Assembly (NCBI GenBank): GCA_963804205.1
Contig: CAWDPJ010000017.1
Span: 18,089 to 82,088 of the forward strand
From: an uncultured beta proteobacterium
GTDB taxonomy: Bacteria > Pseudomonadota > Gammaproteobacteria > Burkholderiales > Casimicrobiaceae
Reading direction: 5' to 3'
DNA: 64,000 nt
Shown here: piece by piece, positions 10,990-21,238 of the stretch
Layout of the letters: each line of letters starts with the position of its first letter
Numbering within the stretch: the stretch's first letter is position 1
Notes under the pieces: generated by a model
Database searches by the model: none
Told to the model about the DNA's origin: nothing
The model's input: the letters and a program-made list of their open reading frames with translations, nothing else
Made by a program: the position numbers and the translations under genes

Positions 10990-11772
10990 GCAACGGCCTT
11001 CGCAGTCGGTCCCGCGATTTGGCGTTGCGCTTGCTGCTGCCGGTGATCCTGATCGTCAGCTGGTACGTGGTCACCAACGTCCACGCGCTGTTTCACCCGG
11101 TGATCCTGCCATCGCCGCTGGCCGTGCTTGCGGATGTTTGGCAAGCTCGTGGCCAACGGCGAGCTATGGACGCACATCGTCGCGAGCCTCGAACGCATCT
11201 TCTATGCGAACCTGGCGGCGCTGGCACTCGGGGTGCCGCTGGGATTGGCGATGGGCCTCTACCGCCCGGTCGAGAAAATGTTCGATGGACTGATTGGACT
11301 GTTCCGGCCGATACCGCCGCTCGCCTGGGTGCCGTTGTCGATCCTGTGGTTGGGCATCGGCACACTGTCGGTGGTGTTCATCACGTTCCTCGCGGCGTTC
11401 TTCGCGGTGCTGATCAACACCATCGCCGGCGCCCGCGCGGTCGACCGCCTGCATGTGCGCGCCGCACTGTCGCTCGGCGCCGGACGGCGGCGGATGATGA
11501 CGCACGTGGTGATGCCGTCGGTGGCGCCTTACATCTTCACCGCTTTCCGCATCGCGCTCGGCGTGTCGTGGATGAGCATCGTCGCCGCCGAGCTGGTCGC
11601 CGCCTCCAGCGGTCTCGGCTACATGATCATGTATTACCGGGAGGTGCTGCGCACCGACGCGATCATCGTCGGCATGCTGACCATCGGCGTGATCGGCTTG
11701 ATGATGGATCTCGCCACCCGCCGGCTCGAGCGCTGGCTGATGCCGTGGCGTCATGGCTTCACCCTGGCATGA
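10986..11772 (+). CDS. ABC transporter permease, NitT/TauT/SsuC type (frameshift near 11140)
   Basis: ILPSPLAV, RPIPPLAWVPL, AALSLGA (EAA loop), IVAAELVAASSGLG. Confidence 0.9.
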
Positions 11773-12573
11773 CGGCGTCGCCGAAGATCGCCATCGCCAG
11801 CGTGTCGAAGCGCTTCGACTCCAGCGCGCGGACAGAGCGTGACCGCGCTCGAACAGGTCGACCTGACGATCGCCGCCGGCGAGTTCGTCACCATCGTGGG
11901 TCCCAGCGGGTGCGGCAAGTCGACGCTGCTCAACATCATCGCCGGCTTCGAGACCGCCTCGTCGGGACAGGTGACGCTGGATGGACGGCCGATCGCGGGA
12001 CCGGGTCCGGAGCGCGGCGTGGTGTTCCAGGAGTACGCGCTGTTCCCCTGGCTGACGGTCGCCGGCAACATCGCGTTCGGACCGGCGAGTTGCAGCACGA
12101 CGCCTGCCGAGGTCGAGCGGCGTGTGCGCGAGTGCGTGGCGCTGGTCAAGCTCGACGGCTTCGCCGACAAGTATCCGCACGAGCTCTCGGGTGGCATGCG
12201 CCAGCGTTGCGCGCTCGCCCGCTGCATCGCCAACGATCCCGAGGTGATGCTGATGGACGAGCCGCTGGCGGCAATCGACGCGCTGACCCGGCTCGACCTG
12301 CAGGACGAGTTGCTGCGGATCTGGTCCGAGGCCTCGCGAGCGCGGGCGCGGACCGTGCTGTACATAACGCACGCGATCGACGAGGCGATCTATCTCTCCG
12401 ATCGAGTCGTCGTGATGAGTCATCGGCCCGGGCGGATCCGCCGCGAAATCCGCGTGCCGTTCGGCCGGCCCCGCGATCCGGAAGTGCGCACCCGCGACGC
12501 GTTCCACCGGCTGTCCGACGAGATCTGGCAGCTGTTGCGACGCGACTTTTCACCGAAGGAGGAGACGCGATGA
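11769..12573 (+). CDS. ABC transporter ATP-binding subunit, NitT/TauT type (frameshift near 11830)
   Basis: GPSGCGKST, VFQEYALFPW, LSGGMRQR, MLMDEP, ITH. Confidence 0.93.
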
Positions 12574-13826
12574 ACCGCAGGATGCTGTTAACGATGACTG
12601 CCGCAGTGACCCTGCTTGCGCTTGTTCCCCCTGCCGAGGCACAGAAGAAAGTGACGGTGAATATCGGCTGGAATCCGCTGGCCGGCGGCACCCCGATCAT
12701 CGGCACGATGATCCAGGAAAAGCTCTTCGAGAAGGAGGCGCAGAAGCTCGGCTACGAAGTGACCGCCGCGTGGCAGCAGTTTCCCGGCGGCGCGCCGATG
12801 GCCAACGCCGCGATGGTCGCCGGCCGGCTCGACATAGACGTCGATTTCGCTGTCGGCGCCATCGTTCCCCGGATCAAGAACAAGGTGCCGATCGTCATCT
12901 TCGGCATACACGCGAGCCACCTGTCGAACGCTGTCGTCGTGCGTCCGGGCAGCGACATCAATGAAGTTTCCAAGCTCGCCGGCAAGACCGTCGGCCTGCC
13001 GATCGCCACCAGCGCGCACTACACGCTGGCCACCATCGTCAAATACCAGACCGGCAAGACCTTGCAGGAGATGAACATCAAGCTGGTCAACATGGTCCCC
13101 AGCGAAGGCATCAAGATGCCGCAGGGCATCGATGCCGCCGGCGTCTGGGTGCCCCTGCGCTTCATGGGCAAGCCGCTCGGCACCGCCGAGCTTCTGGTGG
13201 ACTCGAGCGCGTTCAACGGTGCGGCCCACCGCCAGCCGAACCAGCGCGCGGCCGATGCCGCCACGGCCTGGGGCTACCCGGAAGGCTACCTGATCGACCG
13301 GCTCTATCTTTGCGCGCGTGCCGCCTTCGCCAAAGAGCATCCCGACCTGCTGGTCGCGTTTCTGCGGGCGCGCATCGAGGCGCAGCGACTCGCCGTCGCC
13401 AATCAGCCCAAGGCGCTGGAGGTCGCCAACGAATGGTGGAAACTCGAACCGGCGGTCGCCGCGCAGGCGCGCGATACCTACCCGGAGAACACCAACATCC
13501 GCAACGCGCCGTACGTGGTGGAGTTCGATGCGCTGGGCATCATCAAGGGCAGCGAGTTCTTCGCGTCGATCGGCACCATCGACGGTCCGGTCACGTGGGA
13601 TGAACTCAAGCCAGTGCTGATGCCGGCAGCGGAAATGCAGAAGCGCGCTTGGGAGGCCGGTGGCAGCAGGCCGAGCGTGGCGGAGATGGAAGCAGGCTTC
13701 AAGGGCTCCAATCCCACCTGGCCGCAGTTGACGATCGCCGGGGGTCGTCCGGTCTGGATGTGGGACCAAACGCCGAAGTGGGGCGAGCGCCACTACAAGG
13801 CGGGGCCGTTCACGGCGACGAAGTGA
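12570..13826 (+). CDS. ABC transporter substrate-binding protein (SsuA/TauA/NMT1-like)
   Basis: RBS AAGGAGG; signal MNRRMLLTMTAAVTLLALVPPAEA; MVAGRLDI; LAGKTVGLPIATSAH. Confidence 0.85.
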   Translation: MNRRMLLTMTAAVTLLALVPPAEAQKKVTVNIGWNPLAGGTPIIGTMIQEKLFEKEAQKLGYEVTAAWQQFPGGAPMANAAMVAGRLDIDVDFAVGAIVPRIKNKVPIVIFGIHASHLSNAVVVRPGSDINEVSKLAGKTVGLPIATSAHYTLATIVKYQTGKTLQEMNIKLVNMVPSEGIKMPQGIDAAGVWVPLRFMGKPLGTAELLVDSSAFNGAAHRQPNQRAADAATAWGYPEGYLIDRLYLCARAAFAKEHPDLLVAFLRARIEAQRLAVANQPKALEVANEWWKLEPAVAAQARDTYPENTNIRNAPYVVEFDALGIIKGSEFFASIGTIDGPVTWDELKPVLMPAAEMQKRAWEAGGSRPSVAEMEAGFKGSNPTWPQLTIAGGRPVWMWDQTPKWGERHYKAGPFTATK

Positions 13827-13833
13827 CGACACC

Positions 13834-15169
13834 GTGAGCGACGCCGTCTTCCATCGGGAGCTCGAACGCGACTACCCGGTGGCAAGCCATGCCCGCGGCG
13901 TCTACATCTACGATACCGCGGGCAAGCGCTACCTCGACGGCGCCGGCAGCGTGTTCGTCTCGCACATCGGCCACGGCGTCGCGGAGATCGAGGCCGCCAT
14001 CGGCGCGCAGATGCGCGAACTGGCGTTCGCGCACACCTCGTACTTCGCGAGCGAAGCCGAGCGGCGCTTCGCGGACAAGCTCGTCGCGATGGCGCCGCGC
14101 GGCTTCGGCAAGGTCTGGATGTCGACCTCGGGTGCCGCCGCCAACGAGACGGCGGTGAAGCTCGCGCGTCATTACCATCGGGTGAACGGCGAGCCGGAAC
14201 GGCACCTCGTCATCGCCCGCCGGCATTCCTATCACGGCAGCTCGCTGGGCGCGCTGTCGTTGACCGGCCAGCTCGGCGCGGCGCGAGCCGTACGCCCCGT
14301 ACCTGCTGGACGTTCCGCACATCGCGCCGCCCAACTGCTATCGCTGTCCGCTCGGCCTCACGTATCCCGACTGCGGGGTCGCCTGCGCGGACGAACTGGA
14401 ACGCGAGATCGTCCGCGCCGGACCGCGAAACGTCTCGGCGTTCATCGTTGAGCCCGTGTCGGGCGGTCCACTCGGCGCAATGACACCGCCTGCGGAATAC
14501 CTGCCGAAGATCCGTTCGATCTGCGACAGGCACGGCGTGCTGCTGATCGTCGATGAGGTGATCACCGCTGCCGGCCGCACTGGCCGCAACTTCGCCGTCG
14601 ACCACTGGGGCGTGATACCGGACCTGATCACCTGCGCCAAGGGCATCGCCGGCGGCTACCTGCCGATCGGCGCGGTGCTGGTGCACGAGCGGATCTTCGC
14701 CGCCATCGCCGCGTCGAGACAGTCATTCCGTCACGGCGAGACCTTCGCCGGGCATGCGGTAATGGCGGCGGCAGGCGAAGCAGTGCTGCAATACATCGAC
14801 ACGCACGGGTTAGTGGAGCGAGCCGCGACGCTGGGTCCATACCTGGGGCAACGACTCGCGACCCTGTACGCGCTGTCGATCGTCGGCGACGTGCGTGGCC
14901 TGGGTTTGCTTTGGGGAGTCGAGCTCGTCCGCGACAAGGTGACGAAGGCGCCGTTCAAGCGAGCCCTGCACGTGAGCGAGCGTATCGCCGACGAGTGCTT
15001 TGTACGCGGCTTGCTGGTAGTGCCGGGGGTGGGCGCTGCCGACGGTATCGAGGGCGATACGATCACGCTCGCCCCGCCACTGACTATTACCAAGGACGAG
15101 ATCGACGAGCTGGTCGGCCTGCTCGGGGACGCAATCCGCGCCGTTGGTTTGCAGATCGACAGCGATTAG
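13834..15169 (+). CDS. Class III (omega-amino acid) aminotransferase (frameshift near 14280)
   Basis: YLDGAG, TSGAAANE, SYHGSS, IVDEVITAAGRTG, PDLITCAKG, HGETF. Confidence 0.92.
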
Positions 15170-15190
15170 CGTCGTATTGTGTTCCCCTCC

Positions 15191-16441
15191 TCAGTAGGTG
15201 ACCTTGACGGCGGGTCGATCGGTTTCCAGGCTCGCGCGCACCTCATCCACGCAAGCACGAAGGTCAGCGAGATAGGGTTCCCGTGCCGGCTGGTGAATCA
15301 ACGACAGCATCAGGTGCATCCCTGGCGGCTTCCGGATGAACCCCGGTAGCCAGCCTCGGGGACGCATCCGTTCACCGACTTGCAGCATGTCAACGCCGTC
15401 GCTGCTGAAGCTCAGAATCGACAGGTGCGGCTTGCCGTTCACGTGCAGGCCGGGAATCGACTCGATGCCGGAGCGATACGCGGCGACGAGTTCCATCAAC
15501 CGACCCGTGATGCGCAGGTAACCGTCACGCCCGAGATTGTGCAGCGTGGCCCAAGCACCGGCCACCGCGCCGCCCGGGCGCGTGCCCACGACCGTCGCCG
15601 TCGAGTAAAGGCCGTTTGGCCACACGTCGTACTCGAACACCTGGTGGCGGGCGAGATCGGCGGACCGGTAGAACACCGTCGACGCCGGCTTCGGGCAATA
15701 GCCGAACTTGTGCAGGTCGGCCGAGATCGAGCACACGCCGGGCACCCGGAAATCCCAACGTGGCACGTCGAAGCCGAGCGCGGCGACGAACGGCGCGAGG
15801 TATCCACCGACGCAGGCGTCAACGTGCAGCCAGACGCCGCGACGCAACGCAATCTCGGAAAGTGCCTCGATGGAGTCGACCACGCCATAGGGAAAGCACG
15901 GGCTCGAGCCGACGATCAGGATGGTGTCGGCATCGATCGCTCCTTCCATCGCAGCCGGATCCGCGCGGAGGTCCACTCCGACCGGGACGCGCCGCACTTC
16001 GATGTCCATCAAGTCGCCAGCCTTGGTGAACGCCGGATGACCCGTCTCGGGGAGCACCATGTTGAAGCGTTGGTCACGTCGGCCGCGGCGCTCGCGTGAC
16101 CAGTTACGGCACGCCTTGACGGCTCCGATGATGCTTTCAGTGCCGCCGGTAGTGAAGTAACCGGTGGACTCGGCCGGCGCATTGAGCAACGACAGGCCGA
16201 TGCCGACGATGTCTTCTTCCATCTGCTTGATGCTGGGGAACGCGCGCTTGGCGCCAAGCGCGTTCTCGCTGAAATACTCGAGGAACGCCTCGCGCGCCAC
16301 CGACGCGACCGCGTCGTCGCCCTTGAACACGTAGATGGGCGCCCGGCCCTGCGCCCAAGCGATATCGCCGCGCTTGAGGGCGGTAAGGTGATCGAGGATC
16401 GCCGCCCGGGCGAGGCCGTGCTCGGGAAGGAATGCACGCAT
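15191..16441 (-). CDS. PLP-dependent group II decarboxylase fold, sphingosine-1-phosphate lyase-like
   Basis: TTGGTESI, HPAFTKA, PCFPYGVVD, LHVDACVGG, SISADLHKFGY, GTRPGG. Confidence 0.88.
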   Translation of the reverse strand: MRAFLPEHGLARAAILDHLTALKRGDIAWAQGRAPIYVFKGDDAVASVAREAFLEYFSENALGAKRAFPSIKQMEEDIVGIGLSLLNAPAESTGYFTTGGTESIIGAVKACRNWSRERRGRRDQRFNMVLPETGHPAFTKAGDLMDIEVRRVPVGVDLRADPAAMEGAIDADTILIVGSSPCFPYGVVDSIEALSEIALRRGVWLHVDACVGGYLAPFVAALGFDVPRWDFRVPGVCSISADLHKFGYCPKPASTVFYRSADLARHQVFEYDVWPNGLYSTATVVGTRPGGAVAGAWATLHNLGRDGYLRITGRLMELVAAYRSGIESIPGLHVNGKPHLSILSFSSDGVDMLQVGERMRPRGWLPGFIRKPPGMHLMLSLIHQPAREPYLADLRACVDEVRASLETDRPAVKVTY

Positions 16442-16543
16442 GCGATGGGCTTCCGACTGCAGGGTCGACGGTGCACGGTGCCGGAAGCCTCAGTGTGCGT
16501 CAAGCCCCTCGCTTCACTGAAGCGGTGTCGATCGGAACCGACG

Positions 16544-17341
16544 CTACCCGACGTAGCCCATCAGTAACGAAAGCCGCTGCGCCGTTTCCCGCAGCATCTC
16601 CTTCACCGCCTCGACCGAGGGCGTGACCTTCTTGTCGATGCGCTCGATGTAGGGAATGTTGAGCACCGCCATGGCGTGTCCTGCGCTGTCGAGGACGGGA
16701 AACGCGATGTTCGTGACTCCGCGGATCTGGCGGCTCTGGATCTGTGCGTAGCCTTTGTCGGCGACGCCACGCACTGTCTTCAGCAACTGGGCCTGGTCGA
16801 CATCGAGCTCTCCTTCGACCTCCTGATGCGACGCGAGCATCGTGCGGCGACCTGCGTCGTCCTGGAAGGCGAGCAGAACGTAGCCGGACGCGGTATCGGT
16901 GAGCCCCACCAGCGCGCCGACCTTGAGACCGAACGCCCAGCGTTCGGGACTGTCGACTTCCGCGATGACCATGACCCGCCCCGCGTGGAACACGGTAACG
17001 TGGCACGACTGCAACGATCGATTGACCAGCTCGCGCATCAGCGGCGCCGCGGCGGCCGTCAGCGACTTGATCGGCTTGTGACGATGGGCGATCTCGAAGA
17101 GCTTGAGCGTCAGCGAATAGCGGTCGCCCTCCTGCTGCTCGATGTATCCGCGCCGGCTAAGCACAGTCACCATGCGAAACAATTCGCTCGACGTTCGACC
17201 GAGGCGATGGGCGATCTCTTTCAGCGTGAGACCCTCCGTCTCGCGCGACAGCAGCTCGACAACGTCGAGACCCTTGTCGAGCGCGGGCACCGCGTAGCGG
17301 GCCGCGGGCTTGCGCGCAGGGCTTTTTCTCTTGGGGGTCAT
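16544..17341 (-). CDS. IclR-family transcriptional regulator
   Basis: YAVPALDKGLDVVELL wHTH, TASGYVLLAF, GVTNIAFPV. Start taken at ATG 17341, downstream of the terminator. Confidence 0.92.
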   Translation of the reverse strand: MTPKRKSPARKPAARYAVPALDKGLDVVELLSRETEGLTLKEIAHRLGRTSSELFRMVTVLSRRGYIEQQEGDRYSLTLKLFEIAHRHKPIKSLTAAAAPLMRELVNRSLQSCHVTVFHAGRVMVIAEVDSPERWAFGLKVGALVGLTDTASGYVLLAFQDDAGRRTMLASHQEVEGELDVDQAQLLKTVRGVADKGYAQIQSRQIRGVTNIAFPVLDSAGHAMAVLNIPYIERIDKKVTPSVEAVKEMLRETAQRLSLLMGYVG

Positions 17342-17402
17342 CGGCACGTGATCGAGCGCGGCGCCATCATACAGTCGAGATACCGGCGGACCGCGCGCAA
17401 CG

Positions 17403-17430
17403 AAAAAAGGGGAAACGTGCAAGTTTCCCC
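17403..17430 (-). terminator. Rho-independent terminator after the amidohydrolase
   Basis: GGGGAAAC-6 nt-GTTTCCCC stem, followed on the minus strand by T6. Confidence 0.75.
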
Positions 17431-17459
17431 CCGCCAAACATGAGCTGGTCGGCTAGTGC

Positions 17460-18475
17460 TCAGTCGTCGTCATCGTCGTCATCGTCATCGACGACATGAC
17501 GGCGGTAGAAGCGCAGCGCGTTCTTGTACATCACTTTGTCGCGCGTCGCGTCCCGAGAGGCGCGAGATATTCCTCCGCGAGCCGGATCTGCCCGGCGAAC
17601 GTGCCTCCGAGGTCGCTCACCGGCCAGTTGCTGCCCCAGATCATCCGGTCCTCGCCAAAGGCCGTCATGAGCACGTCGAAATGCGCCTTGTACGCGTCGA
17701 GATCGGTCGGAGCGCTCCACGGAGAATTGCCATCGCCCACCTGGTACATGTCGTAGAACGACGAGAACTTCATGTAAAGGTTAGGACAAAGGTCTGCCAG
17801 GCGCCGGATCGCGAGCTCCCATTCGGGCGTCGGCACCGCACCCTGCGCGCCTCCAAGGTGATTGATGATGATGCGCAGATTCGGCACCGTCGTGCACAAC
17901 GCTTCGACTTGCGGCTTCGGATTGGTCGTGCCGCGGCTGATGATGTCGAGCGTCATCCCGCGCCGCGCAAGTTCGCGCAAATGCGCCACCTGCGTCGCAT
18001 CGAGCGTGATCGCGGGACTCCAGAGGAAGCCGCGAATGCCCACGAAGCGGCGATCGTGCGAGAAGCGGTCGAGGTTGACGATGAAGTCCGCCGAGCCGAT
18101 CTCGAGCGACCCGACGAAGAACGGGAAGAACGGGTCGCGTCCCAGCAAATCGAGGATCCACTGATTGTCCTCGACCAGCGGGCTCGCCTCGACGACGCCC
18201 GACGCCCTGATGCCGTTGGCCGTCGCCAGCGCCTTGTATTCCGGCGGCAGCACATCGCGATACAGCGCGCTGCCGACCGGGGGCCAGGGAACGCCGCCGG
18301 GACGCGTGACTTGGTAGAAGTGGATATGCGTGTCGACGATCGGACGCGCGTGAGTCGCCTTCTTGCTCTGCGACGCTTGGGCAGCTGGTTCCGCAGCGGC
18401 TGAAGGCGCCTGCAACGCGAAGCCGGCAATGGCAGCAATGCATATCGAGACTAGGTTCGTTCGAAGCCGCTTCAT
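17460..18475 (-). CDS. Exported amidohydrolase-2 family protein (sugar lactonase-like), frameshift near 17540, poly-Asp tail
   Basis: Signal peptide, IVDTHIH, IINHLGG, IWGSNWPV; C-terminus KNALRFYRRHVV-D9 in the second frame. Confidence 0.85.
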
Positions 18476-18538
18476 TCGTGTCCTCCTGGAGTGGATCGCC
18501 GGTTCGTCCCCGATGCCGATCCGGGGCCGGCTGCGGCT

Positions 18539-18567
18539 ATTTCACATATGAAAGTATATTTTGTCAA
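18539..18567 (-). promoter_or_regulatory. sigma70 promoter with overlapping palindromic operator (probably IclR)
   Basis: TTGACA (18567-18562)-17 bp-TGAAAT on the minus strand; TTTCA-CATA-TGAAA inverted repeat at 18540-18553. Confidence 0.65.
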
Positions 18568-18859
18568 CAAAACAGCGGCGGTACTTGCCCGGATGCGTTC
18601 GCGCGCAGCGGACAGGTATTTGCCGCCGAACTCGGCGCGCAATGCGGCCACGAAGTTATGGAGGCGTTTCGCGATGCCCGATTTGTCGCGCCGAGTGACG
18701 CGAGCAAGACCGAACCGAGCCGAGCAGAATGACTTCCTGCTCTCGATGCGAGCTGGATCCAGACGAGCACACGCTGCAGATCTGCTACCGCATTCCCGTG
18801 ACTTCGGTCGGCGCCGCGCGCGCTGAACAAGTCCGCCAGGAAGCGGAGCTAGCCGGTCG

Positions 18860-19885
18860 TTACACCTGGTCCGCGTGGTCAACACGGATCAGGCGCTTGC
18901 CCAGGTTCTCCCCACGGTACAGGCCGGCAATTGCGTCAGGCGTCTTGTCGAGCCCGTCGAGAATCTCTTCGCGGTAGCGCAGCCTCCCGTCGCGAATCCA
19001 TGCCGCAAGCCGCGACACTGCCTCCTGCGAGCGATGCTCGTAGTCCCAGACAAGGAAGCCTTCCATGCGTGCCGACTTGTTGAGAAGATGCCGCTCGACG
19101 CGCGGGCCTTGCGGCCACGGATCCCAGCTCGCGACCGATGCCGTCCCGCAAATGACGACCCGGGCGCGCTTCGCAAGTTGACGAAGGACGGCGTCGCTGA
19201 TGCGGCCAGCGGTATTGTCGAAATAGATGTCGATGCCGCGCGCGCACGATTGCGCGAGATCGTTCTCGAACGACGGCGAGCGATAGTCGAACGCAGCATC
19301 GTAGCCGAACTCATCGACGCACAGCTGGACCTTTGTCGGTCCGCCTGCGATGCCGACGGTGCGGCAGCCCATGAGCTTCGCGATCTGCCCGACCGCGGAG
19401 CCGACTGCTCCCGCCGCCGTCGACACGACGACGGTGTCTCCGGGCCGCGGCTCGCCGACTTCGGTCAATGCGAAATAGGCCGTGACGCCGTTGAGGCCGA
19501 GCACACCGAGCGACAGCGAAAGCGGCAGGTCGTCTTCAACGACCTTTCGCCGGATGCTGCTGCCGTTGCTGATGGCGAAGTCCTGCCAGCCCAGCATGCC
19601 CATGACGCGATCGCCTTCGCGATACGTCGGATGGCGCGACGCGATCACCCTCCCCGCCGCGAACGAGCGCATCACCTCGCCGACGGCGACCGGATCTGAG
19701 TAATTGGCTGCGGCATTGACCCAGCCACGCATCGCCGGGTCGACGGATAGAAACTCGTTGCGCACCAGAAGCTCGCCGCCAACGATGTCGCGCAGCGGCG
19801 AAGTCCTGATCGTGAAATGTTCGGCCTGCGGAATGCCGACCGGCCGCGACGCAAGCACCACCTGGCGATGCGTGGCCGGGATCAA
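18860..19885 (-). CDS. NADP-dependent oxidoreductase (CurA/prostaglandin reductase-like MDR)
   Basis: LASRPVG, LSVDPAMRG, STAAGAVGS, GIDIYFDN, GENLGK. Confidence 0.93.
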   Translation of the reverse strand: MIPATHRQVVLASRPVGIPQAEHFTIRTSPLRDIVGGELLVRNEFLSVDPAMRGWVNAAANYSDPVAVGEVMRSFAAGRVIASRHPTYREGDRVMGMLGWQDFAISNGSSIRRKVVEDDLPLSLSLGVLGLNGVTAYFALTEVGEPRPGDTVVVSTAAGAVGSAVGQIAKLMGCRTVGIAGGPTKVQLCVDEFGYDAAFDYRSPSFENDLAQSCARGIDIYFDNTAGRISDAVLRQLAKRARVVICGTASVASWDPWPQGPRVERHLLNKSARMEGFLVWDYEHRSQEAVSRLAAWIRDGRLRYREEILDGLDKTPDAIAGLYRGENLGKRLIRVDHADQV

Positions 19886-19892
19886 GGCTGAA

Positions 19893-19963
19893 CGGCCCCC
19901 TTGGCGCTGTGCGCCTTCCCCCCGAGGGGGAGCGAGCGCCTTGGGAGCGGCCCTGCGGCGCTC
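19893..19963. repeat. REP-like extragenic palindrome of Burkholderiales type
   Basis: CCCCCCGAGGGGG hairpin followed by CGCCTTGGGAGCGGCCCTGCGGCG. Confidence 0.55.
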
Positions 19964-20078
19964 ATTTTGGACGCCGCAGCGTGAGCGCAGAGCGCTTGCA
20001 CGTCATTGACGATCTTGTTGCGCTGGTCATAGCCGCGATGGGCGAAGATGACGATGCCGTTGTCCGGCCGCGACCGGG

Positions 20079-21233
20079 CTATTTCGAAACGGCTTGCTTT
20101 AGCATCAGCGCCGCCCGGTCGCGGGCGGATCCAAGGATGGCCTCCATTGCCACGCCCTTGTTCACGAGATCGCACTTCCCGTCGGCCAATGCAAAGCCAA
20201 GATGGTGAATACCCACCACGCGGTTCCCGGAATCGAATACGGGTGCGCCGGAGCTGCCGCCTTCGGTGTCGCACGTGTAGTCGAAGTCGCTCGTGGCGTC
20301 CGGCGTCCATCCATTGCGTTTGGCTCGACCGACTTTGCATGCAGCGCTGAGCTGCTTGGGACGACACGCCGGGTGATGCACTATGCGCAGGAACTCGCCC
20401 GTTTGCGGGGGCTCGCCTCGAAGGCGCGCTGCCTTGAGCCTGTCGCCTGGCGACGTCGGGACCACTCTGAGCAGAACGAAATCGTTCGCCCTGTTCTTCT
20501 CGATGACTTCGACGCACCTGAACTCGCGCGGCGTCGCGTCTCCATCCCAGGAGAAATCGACGAACGTGCGGTCGCAAACCGATTGCGACCACACCTGGTC
20601 CTCGTTCGGCAGTTTCCTTTCATAGTCGGCGTCGCAGTGCCAATTGGTCAGGAACAGGTTCTCCCCGACCGCCACGCCGCTGCAACACCAGCTTCGATCT
20701 GCCGAGGTCGCGGTCAGGAACCCGACGACATCCCCGAGTCTGCGAAACTGCGAATCCGACTCGTACAGGGCCGTGAACTGCGGATTATTCGGATCGGCTG
20801 ACGAATAAAAGGGGTGGTCAGCGGCTTCCGGCATGACGATCGCCTCGACGACGTTGATCGTCTTCGTCGTCGAGGAAGCGTCCAGATCGAACAGAAGGAG
20901 GCCTTCGGTGAACATTCGCCTGGTCCACACCGATCGACCTTGCTTGGCGTGCTCGTCCGATACCGTCTCGAGGATCCGCTGCGACGAATCCCGGATCGTC
21001 AGGACCCAACGATCGGTGGCGTCCATGTTGGCCGGCTGCAGCAAGAGGCGGATGTAGCGGACATTGCCGCCCGTGGACCGAAAGTCATGCGATCGGTCGC
21101 GCGGTATTGAGATCGCCGGCCGCACGATCCTGCCCAGCTCGGTCACGCGAGCGGCCTGAGGAGCGCAGGCCTGCCCGGCGGCGGTGGACGAAAGGAACGA
21201 CACTCCGAGGAGAAACCAGGTCAGGCGCATCAT
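20079..21233 (-). CDS. Secreted trypsin-like (S1) serine protease with N-terminal accessory domain
   Basis: Own signal peptide MMRLTWFLLGVSFLSSTAAG at ATG 21233; triad FLTNWHC / NDFVLL / DTEGGSSGAPV. Confidence 0.88.
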   Translation of the reverse strand: MMRLTWFLLGVSFLSSTAAGQACAPQAARVTELGRIVRPAISIPRDRSHDFRSTGGNVRYIRLLLQPANMDATDRWVLTIRDSSQRILETVSDEHAKQGRSVWTRRMFTEGLLLFDLDASSTTKTINVVEAIVMPEAADHPFYSSADPNNPQFTALYESDSQFRRLGDVVGFLTATSADRSWCCSGVAVGENLFLTNWHCDADYERKLPNEDQVWSQSVCDRTFVDFSWDGDATPREFRCVEVIEKNRANDFVLLRVVPTSPGDRLKAARLRGEPPQTGEFLRIVHHPACRPKQLSAACKVGRAKRNGWTPDATSDFDYTCDTEGGSSGAPVFDSGNRVVGIHHLGFALADGKCDLVNKGVAMEAILGSARDRAALMLKQAVSK

Positions 21234-21238
21234 GTCGC

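Noticed and set aside
10986-13826. 946-aa ORF joining the permease start to the SBP
   Set aside because: Frameshift read-through; permease, ATPase and SBP are three separate overlapping genes.
156-15169. Programmed frameshifting in nagA, kinase, ABC and aminotransferase genes
   Set aside because: No shared slippery motif, and indels are scattered across unrelated genes, consistent with sequencing error.
17462-17495. GTC/ATC trinucleotide run as a contingency microsatellite
   Set aside because: Mixed GAC/GAT codons encoding a terminal poly-Asp; length change would not shift the frame.
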